NCBI GenBank assembly: GCA_016839585.1 | Contig: JAEOTZ010000077.1 | Coordinates: 1-46,416, forward strand | DNA from: Promethearchaeota archaeon | Lineage (GTDB): Archaea > Asgardarchaeota > Lokiarchaeia > Sigyniarchaeales > SOKP01 | Reading direction: 5' to 3' | Length of the DNA stretch: 46,416 bases | In this document: piece after piece, positions 1-8,463 of the stretch | How positions within the stretch are numbered: the first letter of the stretch is position 1 | Layout of the letters: each line of letters begins with the position of its first letter | Position numbers and translations under genes: made by a program | Notes under the pieces: generated by a model | Database searches by the model: none | What the model was told of the DNA's origin: nothing | What the model saw: only the letters and a program-made list of their open reading frames with translations

Positions 1-1
1 A

Positions 2-271
2 AGCCAAATAGAAAAAGTGATTGATATTGTGGTAGCACATAAATTTCAAAACCCAAAGGAGCTAGAGAAACAGTTATTAATTGATGCAGATGCGATGTCT
101 GATGCCTTCAAAGAACAATTCTATAGCGACATTGAATCATATAATACAACTCCTCAAGAGCATTATGAATTTAGAAAAAGAAATGAGTTCTACACAAAAA
201 CAGCAAGGGAACTGTTTGATAGAGAGATGGAGACTAGAAGAAGAGAAATTCAAACATTTCTTTTCAATTAA
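2..271 (+). CDS. HD-domain phosphohydrolase-like protein, C-terminal part (5'-truncated by window)
   Basis: Frame is open from base 2 (SQIEKVIDIVVAHK...). The H...LLIDADAMS segment resembles the C-terminal DAD motif of HD domains. Confidence 0.6.
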   Translation, partial: SQIEKVIDIVVAHKFQNPKELEKQLLIDADAMSDAFKEQFYSDIESYNTTPQEHYEFRKRNEFYTKTARELFDREMETRRREIQTFLFN

Positions 272-400
272 ATACAATGCCTTTATTCGGCTTCAACTTT
301 ATAAATTTTATTAATTTCCTTGAAATGTAATAGTCATTAATGTATACTTTACTTACAAAAAGTAAATACATGTGATTTCACTTATATAAAGAATAAAGGC

Positions 401-757
401 TCATCTCTTTATTCTCTCATTTGTATTTGAGAGTAAAATGCAATAAAAAGAAATATCCTGATCTTTAATAATATATTCCTGTTGATATTGTTTATATCCA
501 TAATCCCTTAAAAGATCAAATAAGGATTTTATCCAAGATGAATAATTTTCCTTGAATATATTTAGATCTTCATTTTTTTCAAACTTTAGGATTAGAAGTA
601 CTTGTCTTTTTGAAATTATTATAGGATATCCATTCTCTAATGTAGAGCTGAATAGACTTTTTAAAATTCGAACTTCAAATTCATTGAATTTTAACTTTAT
701 TCTATTAAGATTTTTAAGATTAATACTCCATTTTTCTAATTGAATGATGAGATCTAT
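401..757 (-). CDS. Hypothetical protein without ATG/GTG/TTG start (not in ORF track)
   Basis: Minus frame is open from 811 to a TGA at 403-401 (136 sense codons, ...QLEKWSINLKNLNRIKLKFNEFEVRIL...ERIKR*), unlikely by chance in such AT-rich DNA. Start uncertain (ATA 757 or ATT 745). Confidence 0.5.
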   Translation of the reverse strand: MDLIIQLEKWSINLKNLNRIKLKFNEFEVRILKSLFSSTLENGYPIIISKRQVLLILKFEKNEDLNIFKENYSSWIKSLFDLLRDYGYKQYQQEYIIKDQDISFYCILLSNTNERIKR

Positions 758-839
758 AAATAAATTATAAAAGAAATTGAAAGTGAATGGGGTAAAATTA
801 TACTTGATTTCTTAAATAGAAATCATGAATTTATAATAT

Positions 840-998
840 ATGGTACATGAAATCATTAAATTTCTTAATAATCAAATTCTTTATAATGCTTTTTTGTTTA
901 AAGAATCAAATTTAGAAGTTTATAAGGAAAATATTAAGAATTTAAAAAACAAAAAGAATGAGTTTAGAAAAAATGCTAAGATTAAGAGTGGAATTTGA
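840..998 (+). CDS. Small hypothetical protein (52 aa)
   Basis: MVHEIIKFLNNQ...KIKSGI*. One of several overlapping small ORFs leading into 1040. Confidence 0.3.
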   Translation: MVHEIIKFLNNQILYNAFLFKESNLEVYKENIKNLKNKKNEFRKNAKIKSGI

Positions 999-1039
999 GG
1001 AGTATGGTAATGTAATAATAGGAAAGAAGGAGGATATGA

Positions 1040-1351
1040 ATGATAAATAATAATAAATTTCTAATGAAATTAAATAAAGAACAATTTCAAATTCTATTTC
1101 CTATAAGAGAGCATACTATTACCACTATAAACCTTGATGGAAGTATTGAAAGTGAAATAATGTCTATACCAGATGATTGTATTTTATGCAATTACGGTTG
1201 TAATAAAAATATGATAAACGATGAGCATTTTTATTTATTGATGATTGACATTGATTTAAGTCAAGGAACGATATGTAAAGATTGTAAAGAAAGTTATTTC
1301 AATGAGTTAGAAATTATAGATTTTAAAGAAATTTATGAGAGACAGTTTTAA
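1040..1351 (+). CDS. Small zinc-binding protein, possibly virus/MGE-derived
   Basis: CILC and CKDC pairs; strong AAGGAGG RBS just upstream. Confidence 0.65.
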   Translation: MINNNKFLMKLNKEQFQILFPIREHTITTINLDGSIESEIMSIPDDCILCNYGCNKNMINDEHFYLLMIDIDLSQGTICKDCKESYFNELEIIDFKEIYERQF

Positions 1352-1352
1352 T

Positions 1353-1373
1353 TATTGAAAATCATATTTTCAA
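1353..1373. repeat. 21-bp palindromic motif TATTGAAAATCATATTTTCAA, copy 1
   Basis: Exact match to 5208-5228. Contains the inverted repeat TTGAAAAT-cat-ATTTTCAA; lies 1 nt after a stop codon. Confidence 0.85.
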
Positions 1374-1528
1374 CATTAAGTTTATAATTTATAAAAAAAG
1401 AGTGGACCTAGAGAACTGAGAAGATATAGACAACTTGTTTGAGTTATGAAACTGACGATTAAATTAAAAAGAATTATATGTTTTCCATTTTTTTTTATTT
1501 TTAATTTAACTTTTTTTTTGGAACTAAA

Positions 1529-1867
1529 CTATTCAATTAGAGTTGAATAAAACACAGCTTGGTTTATTAGAATTAAAAAAAGACTTACAGCAAAATATGG
1601 TATGATATCATAAATTGATGTAATTTGCGGGTGGGAATATTTCATTAAATAAACCAATGTAAGGATAAAGATGAGATCAAATGGAATTAAATACAATAAA
1701 TCAAGAATCAAAATTAAAGTTAAATCTGAAAATGAAAAAGAATTATTAATAAAAATAAATGTGAAAGTTAACAAGAATAATAGAGCTATTCCAGCAAGCA
1801 ATCTTCTTCTAATCTTTTTTAAGTGACCATTTTTCTCTACTTCTATATTATCCTCTTCCTTATTCAA
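1529..1867 (-). CDS. Hypothetical membrane protein (about 3 TM)
   Basis: ORF track; long hydrophobic stretches. Confidence 0.7.
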   Translation of the reverse strand: MNKEEDNIEVEKNGHLKKIRRRLLAGIALLFLLTFTFIFINNSFSFSDLTLILILDLLYLIPFDLIFILTLVYLMKYSHPQITSIYDIIPYFAVSLFLILINQAVFYSTLIE

Positions 1868-2011
1868 GTTTTTTACTCTATTACTATTAATTTTATCATT
1901 TAAAAATTTATTATATATTTAATTAGCATTCTATTATAAATATACCCACTTATAAATGTTTCCTTATGTTCCAAATAACATCTTAAGATATTACATATTT
2001 TAGTGCTATTA

Positions 2012-2491
2012 TTACATCTTTTTTTCATTTTTTTGTCTTTCTATTTTATCAGAAACTTTACCTACAATTCCCATCAAAAATAAAATTAAACCTACTTTTA
2101 GTACAACATCATAGACATGACCAATTGGAGATACATTAAGATTAACATCTATTAAAAATGGAAACAAAATAACTAAAATTAATAAATTTATTCCTCCGAT
2201 TACAAGCATAATTTTAAATGACTTACTGTTGTTTGTAATCTCTTCCTCACTCGTTTCTATGAATAGTCTTCTCCATAGAAAAAGAAGAAATAAGCTCATC
2301 CCTACCAGTGTAATTAAGTCAACAAATAAATTCATAATCCTAAATTGCCTCTCCACTGTATTTAATAAATCTCCTCCTCTTTGGATTAAATTAATTAATT
2401 GAAATAATCCTACAAAGGTGTCAAAAATTAAAAAGTAAAAGCTAACACAATATATAATAATAAAGTATGATTTTTTTTGGATCTGTAGCAC
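2012..2491 (-). CDS. Hypothetical membrane protein (about 4 TM)
   Basis: ORF track; four hydrophobic segments and a basic C-terminus. Confidence 0.75.
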   Translation of the reverse strand: MLQIQKKSYFIIIYCVSFYFLIFDTFVGLFQLINLIQRGGDLLNTVERQFRIMNLFVDLITLVGMSLFLLFLWRRLFIETSEEEITNNSKSFKIMLVIGGINLLILVILFPFLIDVNLNVSPIGHVYDVVLKVGLILFLMGIVGKVSDKIERQKNEKKM

Positions 2492-2605
2492 TTCCCTATT
2501 ATAAAAATAGATTTACGATTATATTAATAATAAAACATATCCAAATATTAATAAACCCATTCCAATATACTCTAAAGCAATAAAAATATGTTCATGAGCA
2601 AGGAT

Positions 2606-3160
2606 TCAATTTTTACTTTTTAGATAATTATATCTATGTTTTGAGAAGTCATCAGGAAATGATACAATAATCGGAATCTGTTTTTCACTACAATATTGCT
2701 TTAATGAATCTTCAAATTTTAAAAATTTGGTTATCCAATTTTTACCTCTGATATTTAACTGAAATTTCTCCATTTATTTCAATTCTATTTCTATTTTTAT
2801 ATATTCGACCCCCCCAATCCATGAACCAATACTTACAATACTTATATTAATTTTTTCAATCTTTTCAACTGCTTCATCAATTTCTAATTTATAATTTTTG
2901 TATGATTTAAAATTCACTTCTGTAAACTGAATTTCATATTGGTTTTTTCCTTCCTTTATGATACTTCCACCAAATCTTATGATTAAAGGCTCACCAATGA
3001 GAATTAATATTATGATTATCTGCCATTTTGTAACTTCATTATATGAAAAATCATTCCAAACCATTCCACATAAAGAGAATAAGAATATATTTAATAAGAT
3101 GATAATTCCTATTCCGTTAGGTATTAAAGCTGATGCACGATACGTATAAGAAACATTCAT
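2606..3160 (-). pseudogene. 2-TM membrane protein interrupted by an in-frame TAA
   Basis: After the stop at 2776-2774 the same frame continues for 55 codons (MEKFQLNIRG...LKQYCSEKQIPII...KSKN*) to 2606. Confidence 0.55.
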
Positions 3161-3206
3161 ATTCGTAGGATCTTTTTTTTATCTTATTTAATGTTATATT
3201 TTTACC

Positions 3207-3860
3207 TTAAAAAGTGGCCACAACGGCAGAAGCAGTAGTTCTTGCTCTTATTATGTCTTCTATAGCTTTAATTACTCCTAAGATCATTTCTCTTGTTTCA
3301 GAGCTGTAATATGAGGAATGAAGTAGTTCCTTAATTCTTCTTTTGACATACTTTCTATATTTTCTCATAAAATATACTTTTATTAGTCTGCATGCCTTCA
3401 TTAAGCTCAACAAACATAACAATTCGATATCAGGATTCATATTGTTTATTACAACATTTTTTACTTTTTCTAACAATGAATACTTAACTTCTGGTTCTGT
3501 TAAATAAAATCTCCGTGCTTTAAAACCACCGATTATAATTCCATGACTTTCTAAACGTTGATAAAAGTATAGAGAAGATTTTTTATAGAATTGTGATATT
3601 TTATTTAGCCAAGATCTCAATTTTAGTGGTCTTTTTGAGCGATATAAGAATACTAATATTTTATCTACGTATGGGAGTCCACTATGACAATAATTTAATA
3701 TTTTTAATTTTTTCCCATAAATTGAAACTTTCCCTTTAAGATATAAATCCAGTATCATAGCTCCTGCTAATCCTAAATCTTTAGTGGTGCGTCCTCTGGA
3801 ATAAATTTTACCTTTACTCTCATCAAGAAACATTAATAAAATCATTTCTGATATAAGCAT
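3207..3860 (-). CDS. GPP34 / GOLPH3-Vps74 family protein
   Basis: N-terminal SEMILLMFLDESKGK, then LAGAMILDLYLKGKV, LRSWL and RLESHGII, matching the GPP34 family pattern. Confidence 0.8.
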   Translation of the reverse strand: MLISEMILLMFLDESKGKIYSRGRTTKDLGLAGAMILDLYLKGKVSIYGKKLKILNYCHSGLPYVDKILVFLYRSKRPLKLRSWLNKISQFYKKSSLYFYQRLESHGIIIGGFKARRFYLTEPEVKYSLLEKVKNVVINNMNPDIELLCLLSLMKACRLIKVYFMRKYRKYVKRRIKELLHSSYYSSETREMILGVIKAIEDIIRARTTASAVVATF

Positions 3861-3872
3861 ATTAAATTACCC

Positions 3873-4427
3873 TCATTCCCAATATATTTTAATTTCTTTG
3901 GAATTATCATAATTTAAAGGTCTTTCCAAAAAACTGGAAACTAAATTACCTACTCTTTCGCATTTTTTTTTCTCTCCAACGTAAATTTTATTTCCTTTTT
4001 TCTTATTCTTTAGAAAAAACCTTAGGTCATACATAGAAGGTGGAAAATAATGACCTATCTGGTAAGAAATATATTCTATTTTAGATAAATCAAAGGCTCT
4101 ATTTCTTTTAAAACTAGGTGAAACTCTCTGTAAATGAACTTTGTTAAGTGATTTATCAAAAATCCATTCAAATCTACGATATCTATAATACGTGTAAATA
4201 CATACAATGGACAGAAAACCTATTGTAAAAAGGAATAATGGGATTAATGCATATAATGAAAAAATGCTTGATATTAAGAAAACTGCTAAGATTGGACTAT
4301 AAGCTACAGCTATTGTTTTATAAAAGTCATCACATTCGAGGGTATAATTTGTTTTAATTATTAACTCATCTTTTATTTTTGTCAAGAGAGTGTGTCCATC
4401 TATAATTTGTTCAATTTCAATAATCAA
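3873..4427 (-). CDS. 2-TM membrane protein with C-terminal beta-rich (PH-like) domain
   Basis: TM hairpin, then WIFDKSLNKVHL...FDLSKIEYI...YDLRFFLK and a terminal helix. GGAGGG RBS before the TTG. Confidence 0.7.
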   Translation of the reverse strand: MIIEIEQIIDGHTLLTKIKDELIIKTNYTLECDDFYKTIAVAYSPILAVFLISSIFSLYALIPLFLFTIGFLSIVCIYTYYRYRRFEWIFDKSLNKVHLQRVSPSFKRNRAFDLSKIEYISYQIGHYFPPSMYDLRFFLKNKKKGNKIYVGEKKKCERVGNLVSSFLERPLNYDNSKEIKIYWE

Positions 4428-4484
4428 CTACCCTCCCATCTTTACTCAAAATAAGAAACCTCTAATATATTAATTAAAAAGATT

Positions 4485-4557
4485 ATGTTCACAATAGATG
4501 AATAAATGTACAATATTTAAATATTAGTATGTACTTATGTACACATAGTGTGAACAT
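4485..4557. promoter_or_regulatory. Operator-like repeats around a TATA box in a divergent promoter
   Basis: Near-perfect palindrome ATGTACAC-N5-GTGAACAT at 4537-4557. Further ATGTWC half-sites at 4485, 4506 and 4529; TTTAAATA at 4516. Confidence 0.65.
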
Positions 4558-4589
4558 TATTAAATAACAATAAAAAAATTGAAGCTTAA

Positions 4590-5204
4590 ATGAGTAATAT
4601 AAAAAATCAAAAGGGTAAAAAAGATCAATCTGAAAAATTCCATATCCACACAACAATTTCAAAGCATACTAAGGAACTTATTGATGCTTATTCTGATATG
4701 GAAGATAATGATGGCAACAAGATTTTTGGCAAGAAATCTAAAGTCATTCAGCGAGCATTAGAATTACTAGATAACTATTATAACCCAAAAGATAACGATA
4801 TAGAGGTAATATGGTGTAGAGCCCGAGAAGAATTAAATATGGTATTAGTAGGCAAAACCACCTTTCTTTCATATATTTCAGGAAATAGAAAAAAAGCTTA
4901 TACAGATAACATCGCCGTTGAAGCTATTGAGTGGTATATTGGAAAAAGAAAGGAAGAAATGGATTTGGAGGAATTTTTAAAAGGGTTGAAAGGCATGTGG
5001 TACGCAGCGAATTACTTTAGAAAAATTGATATAATAAAATATGATGAAGGTGCTATACAAATGACTTTTAATCATGACTTAACAAGAGAATATGGTAAAT
5101 TCTGGGCAACTTATTTTAAAACTTTATTGGAAAATAATTGGAATTGCTCTGTACAAAAATCAGTACGAAATGAATCTTTTCACTTAATTATTAAAGAAGA
5201 ATAA
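4590..5204 (+). CDS. Putative transcriptional regulator: ribbon-helix-helix-like N-terminus plus ligand-binding-like C-terminal domain
   Basis: FHIHTTISKHTKELIDAY...KSKVIQRALELL gives a beta-alpha-alpha pattern. The alpha/beta C-terminal part is reminiscent of V4R/H-NOX-type folds (inference). Confidence 0.55.
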   Translation: MSNIKNQKGKKDQSEKFHIHTTISKHTKELIDAYSDMEDNDGNKIFGKKSKVIQRALELLDNYYNPKDNDIEVIWCRAREELNMVLVGKTTFLSYISGNRKKAYTDNIAVEAIEWYIGKRKEEMDLEEFLKGLKGMWYAANYFRKIDIIKYDEGAIQMTFNHDLTREYGKFWATYFKTLLENNWNCSVQKSVRNESFHLIIKEE

Positions 5205-5207
5205 TCA

Positions 5208-5228
5208 TATTGAAAATCATATTTTCAA
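5208..5228. repeat. 21-bp palindromic motif TATTGAAAATCATATTTTCAA, copy 2
   Basis: Exact match to 1353-1373; 3 nt after a stop codon. Confidence 0.85.
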
Positions 5229-5279
5229 AGGATGGTACAAGATTTAAATATCTCATCTTTTACTTTTATTTTTTTTATA

Positions 5280-5765
5280 TCACCATTTATTTTCAGATGT
5301 ATTTCTTTTTTTCCTTCTGATAGTTTCTTGAAATTCAAGTAATATTCCTAGGTCTTTTTCTGTATCAAAGTATGCAACTTTTTGTTTCCCAATTATCCTC
5401 TGATGAATTATCTCATAGCCTTTATCAGTAAATTCTTTAACAACAGAATCTAAATCGTCAACATAAATTCCAAAGTGATGTAAACCTTCTCTCCCGGAGT
5501 CTAAAAATTCTTTAAATACGCATTCTCCTTTAATATGTTGAATTACTTCAATTTGAACGTTAAAAATCCTACTTATAGCTAACCTAGTTGATATCATAGA
5601 ATCTTTTCCTCTATATTTGCATAAGCTATCCTTTCTTTCAAGAAAAGCAAACTTAGCAAGCCCATAAACAGTTTCTAATAATTTTGCTTGCTTTTCAATA
5701 TCTTTGTACACATATCCAAGTTGATCAACTTTGAATTTCCCAAAATTAATGTCAATTCTTTCCAT
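5280..5765 (-). CDS. VOC/glyoxalase family protein (methylmalonyl-CoA epimerase-like)
   Basis: DQLGYVYKDIE, QIEVIQ, GREGLHHFGIYVDD and AYFDT...LLEF motifs. Confidence 0.85.
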   Translation of the reverse strand: MERIDINFGKFKVDQLGYVYKDIEKQAKLLETVYGLAKFAFLERKDSLCKYRGKDSMISTRLAISRIFNVQIEVIQHIKGECVFKEFLDSGREGLHHFGIYVDDLDSVVKEFTDKGYEIIHQRIIGKQKVAYFDTEKDLGILLEFQETIRRKKRNTSENKW

Positions 5766-5841
5766 TTTTAATAAAAATCAATTTTTTTAATTAAAATTAA
5801 CCAAATTTTTTTTCAAATAGAACGAAATTATTTGGGATTAA

Positions 5842-6075
5842 ATTAGCTGTATAATCGCATTAGTCATTCCTCTAGCATTAATCATATCTGGAACAATAAA
5901 GAAAACAAAACGGAACACTTATTTTAAAAAAAAAACGATAATAGAGCAGCAAGAAGCAATTACTACTACATCCACGAGCACTACTCACACTCATCCAAAT
6001 TTCTGCCCTGAATGTGGTTCAAAAATAGGAAACATAAATCAGAAGTTTTGTGTAAGTTGTGGAAAAGAACTATAA
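5842..6075 (+). pseudogene. 5'-truncated TM plus double zinc-ribbon protein
   Basis: ISCIIALVIPLALIISG...FCPECGSKIGNINQKFCVSCGKEL*. No standard start; in-frame TAA directly upstream. Confidence 0.65.
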
Positions 6076-6148
6076 TTGACGATCTCATAATAACCTTGAA
6101 ATACAAAAATTTAATTATTTGGGAGTGTTTTGATCTATAACATATAAT

Positions 6149-6220
6149 GGGCCTATGGATTAGTGGAAGATCGTTTCCTTGGCATGGAAAAGGCCGCGGG
6201 TTCAATTCCCGCTAGGTCCA
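6149..6220 (+). tRNA. tRNA-Ala (GGC)
   Basis: Acceptor stem GGGCCTA/TAGGTCC with G3:U70, anticodon arm TTTCC-TTGGCAT-GGAAA, T-arm GCGGG-TTCAATT-CCCGC, discriminator A. No intron, no encoded CCA. Confidence 0.97.
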
Positions 6221-6269
6221 TTATTACTTCTTGATTTTAGTGATATTATTTTATATAAATTATCTTTCT

Positions 6270-6470
6270 ATCCCATAATAATTCTGGTTTATTGAGAGGA
6301 TTAACATCATAATTGGATTGAACAAAAGGGGTAAAAAGAAAAAAAGAGATTATCAAACTTCATTTATCAAAAACTCCCTTAATCAAAATTAGGAAAAAAA
6401 GGAAAAGAATTAGAGGTAATTCCGCTTCCTAGGTAGGCTGAATTGATAGTTGTCCAGCATTTCATTGAAA
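6270..6470. repeat. Diverged direct repeat, copy 1 (non-coding tail plus LAGLIDADG 3' end)
   Basis: Aligns by eye with 8464-8734 through blocks such as CCATAATAnTTCTGGTTT, ATTAACATC, GGGTAAAAAGAAAA, TCAAAAACTCC and CAGCATTTC. Confidence 0.85.
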
Positions 6471-6748
6471 AGATCTTTACCAAGACCCATTTCAAAGCAT
6501 TCACCATGAATTTCCCTTCTGTTGATGGGACCTCCACTGGTTTTTTTGGCGATCTTGTAGTTCAGACCGAATAATTGTTGGATTTGTATAAGGAAATTCT
6601 TACTCCCACAATTGATTCTTGAAGTTCTAACTTTTCCATCGCATCATAATAACCAAGTAGAAAAGCTAAATATAGCTTTCGGTTATTAAGTTTTGGTAGT
6701 TGAATGGATTTAGATTTTGCTCGCCCCACTACAAACCCAAATTTACGA
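6410..6748 (-). pseudogene. LAGLIDADG-family endonuclease relic (5'-truncated, frameshifted)
   Basis: RKFGFVVGRAKSKSIQLPKL...LAFLLGYYD, then a 1-nt deletion near 6641, then DGKVRTSRINCGSKNFLIQIQQLF...FSLPRKRNYL*. The FLLGYYDxDG motif and terminal RK are typical of the family. Confidence 0.85.
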
Positions 6749-6865
6749 GTTTGCCAGAGATGTCAGCACTGTTTATTTTAAATAAAAAAAAAGTTGTTCA
6801 AAACTTGTGGATATTACTATAGTCCCCACTTATGGTAGATTATAAGAACTTTAAATAAAATATCC

Positions 6866-8161
6866 TTATTTTTGATGCTTTATTTGATTTTTTTTAACCA
6901 GTATTAAGAAAATAGCTCCAATCATAATGATTAGCAAATAGTAGTTCCCAAAATGAATAGCTATTTCTTTATCCTCTGTATGTATTGATCGACCGAATAA
7001 ATAAACGCCATGTTTTATGTTTCCCCCACTTATTACAATATAATTACCATCTGATGACATATCGGTTGACCAGGCTATATCATAATCTTTAACATTAGTC
7101 CATAAGGGTGATTTTGGAGATGAAATTGAGCTATCAAAGTAGTAAAGAGTATAATATGCATATCTACATCCTGCTGCAATATAAGTTCCATCAAAAGAAA
7201 TTTTAACGGTATCTACATAACCTAAGGTGGTATTATAACTCCAAGAATATGTTATAGGCATAGAAATTGAAAAATTGAATAAATAAACCATAGTTCCACC
7301 GCCCACAGCAATATAATTATTATTATCGGAGATATCTATCGAATTTACATCAACAACTGTTAGATTATAGTTCCAAATAGAAGTTTTTGGATTGGAAATT
7401 GAATTATTTAATAAATATACCGTTTCCTGACTCCCAGCTAATATAAAATTACCATCTGAAGAAATAGTAAGAGAATGAATCGAATCCCCTGTCTCATAAA
7501 TCCACATTGGAGTTTTTGGAGTAGTAATAGAATTATTAAAGAGATAAATACGGGACGTACTTGCAGCTACCGTAATATAAAATCCATCAGAGGAGATTGA
7601 TACAAAATTACTCCCACTTGCTATATAACTCCATAATGGAGTTTTTGGAGTAGTAATAGAACTGTTAAATAAATAAAGATGGTCATCATCTGTTCCTACT
7701 GCAAGATAAACAGCATTCTGTGAAAATGCTATTGATTTAGATCTATCACTTAAACTATAGTTCCATAATGGAATGGGATTTGCTTTATTAAATAGAAAGA
7801 TTTTATTATCTGGATCTCCAGTACCAAAAGCTATATAACTACCATTAGAGGAGATCGCCAATGTTACAATCCAAGTATCTGCTTCATAACTCCACAATGG
7901 GTTGGAACTTGATTTAGAGAAAAGATAAATTGTCTTATCAATTGCTGCTACAATGTAATCACCAGAAGATGAAATTCTCGTATAATATACTATTTGCTCA
8001 CTCTCATAATTCCATAAAGGAATATTCTCTGGAGAACTTGTATTTATTGTATTTTGAGGATCTATTGTATAGTTTGTTTTACTAAGAAAAGAAAAGCAAT
8101 TAAAGTTGAGGATTAGAAGAAAAAACAATATTGTACTTAAAATAATTATTCTTTTTTTCAT
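6866..8161 (-). CDS. Secreted, membrane-anchored WD40/beta-propeller protein
   Basis: Signal peptide; repeats of type PLWxY...V.ISSDG.YI..G...IYLF; C-terminal FGNY-TM-basic anchor. Confidence 0.88.
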   Translation of the reverse strand: MKKRIIILSTILFFLLILNFNCFSFLSKTNYTIDPQNTINTSSPENIPLWNYESEQIVYYTRISSSGDYIVAAIDKTIYLFSKSSSNPLWSYEADTWIVTLAISSNGSYIAFGTGDPDNKIFLFNKANPIPLWNYSLSDRSKSIAFSQNAVYLAVGTDDDHLYLFNSSITTPKTPLWSYIASGSNFVSISSDGFYITVAASTSRIYLFNNSITTPKTPMWIYETGDSIHSLTISSDGNFILAGSQETVYLLNNSISNPKTSIWNYNLTVVDVNSIDISDNNNYIAVGGGTMVYLFNFSISMPITYSWSYNTTLGYVDTVKISFDGTYIAAGCRYAYYTLYYFDSSISSPKSPLWTNVKDYDIAWSTDMSSDGNYIVISGGNIKHGVYLFGRSIHTEDKEIAIHFGNYYLLIIMIGAIFLILVKKNQIKHQK

Positions 8162-8342
8162 TTTATTTCGCTAAAAATTTATATACTTGTATGGAAAAAG
8201 ATCATAGATAGTTATTTAAGGTTTTTGCAAGTGTGAAAGCACCTCCCCAAAATAAGATTATAAGCATTAATAAAAATATATAAATCAAGAATATTCAGCA
8301 CAGCATAGGTGAAATAGTAAAAAGAAGAATAGGAGGACAAAC

Positions 8343-8436
8343 TATGGTGAGAGGTGATATTGTTCAAGAACTTTGTCTGGGACAACAAGGTTGCTCGTTA
8401 AAAAAAAGTAATATCCCTCGAAGCAATCTCACCATA
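8343..8436. repeat. 10-bp inverted repeat enclosing a nested hairpin
   Basis: TATGGTGAGA (8343-8352) pairs with TCTCACCATA (8427-8436). Inner pairings GATATTG/TAATATC and AACTTTG/CAAGGTT. Confidence 0.5.
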
Positions 8437-8463
8437 ATTTCACTTTTTTATAAGCTATACTAT

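Noticed and set aside
1946-1975. dif/cer-like site TTATAA-N8-TTATGTTCCAAAT
   Set aside because: A single weak match in AT-rich DNA; worth revisiting only if the 19-bp motif proves to be a Xer-type site.
2774-2776. Selenocysteine or pyrrolysine recoding
   Set aside because: The interrupting codon is TAA, not TGA or TAG.
5981-6205. 74-aa ORF
   Set aside because: Antisense to the tRNA and to the zinc-ribbon remnant.
6410-6748. Intein or intron as host of the LAGLIDADG relic
   Set aside because: The frame ends in a stop with no HN-C/S/T splice motif, and the neighbouring tRNA is uninterrupted.
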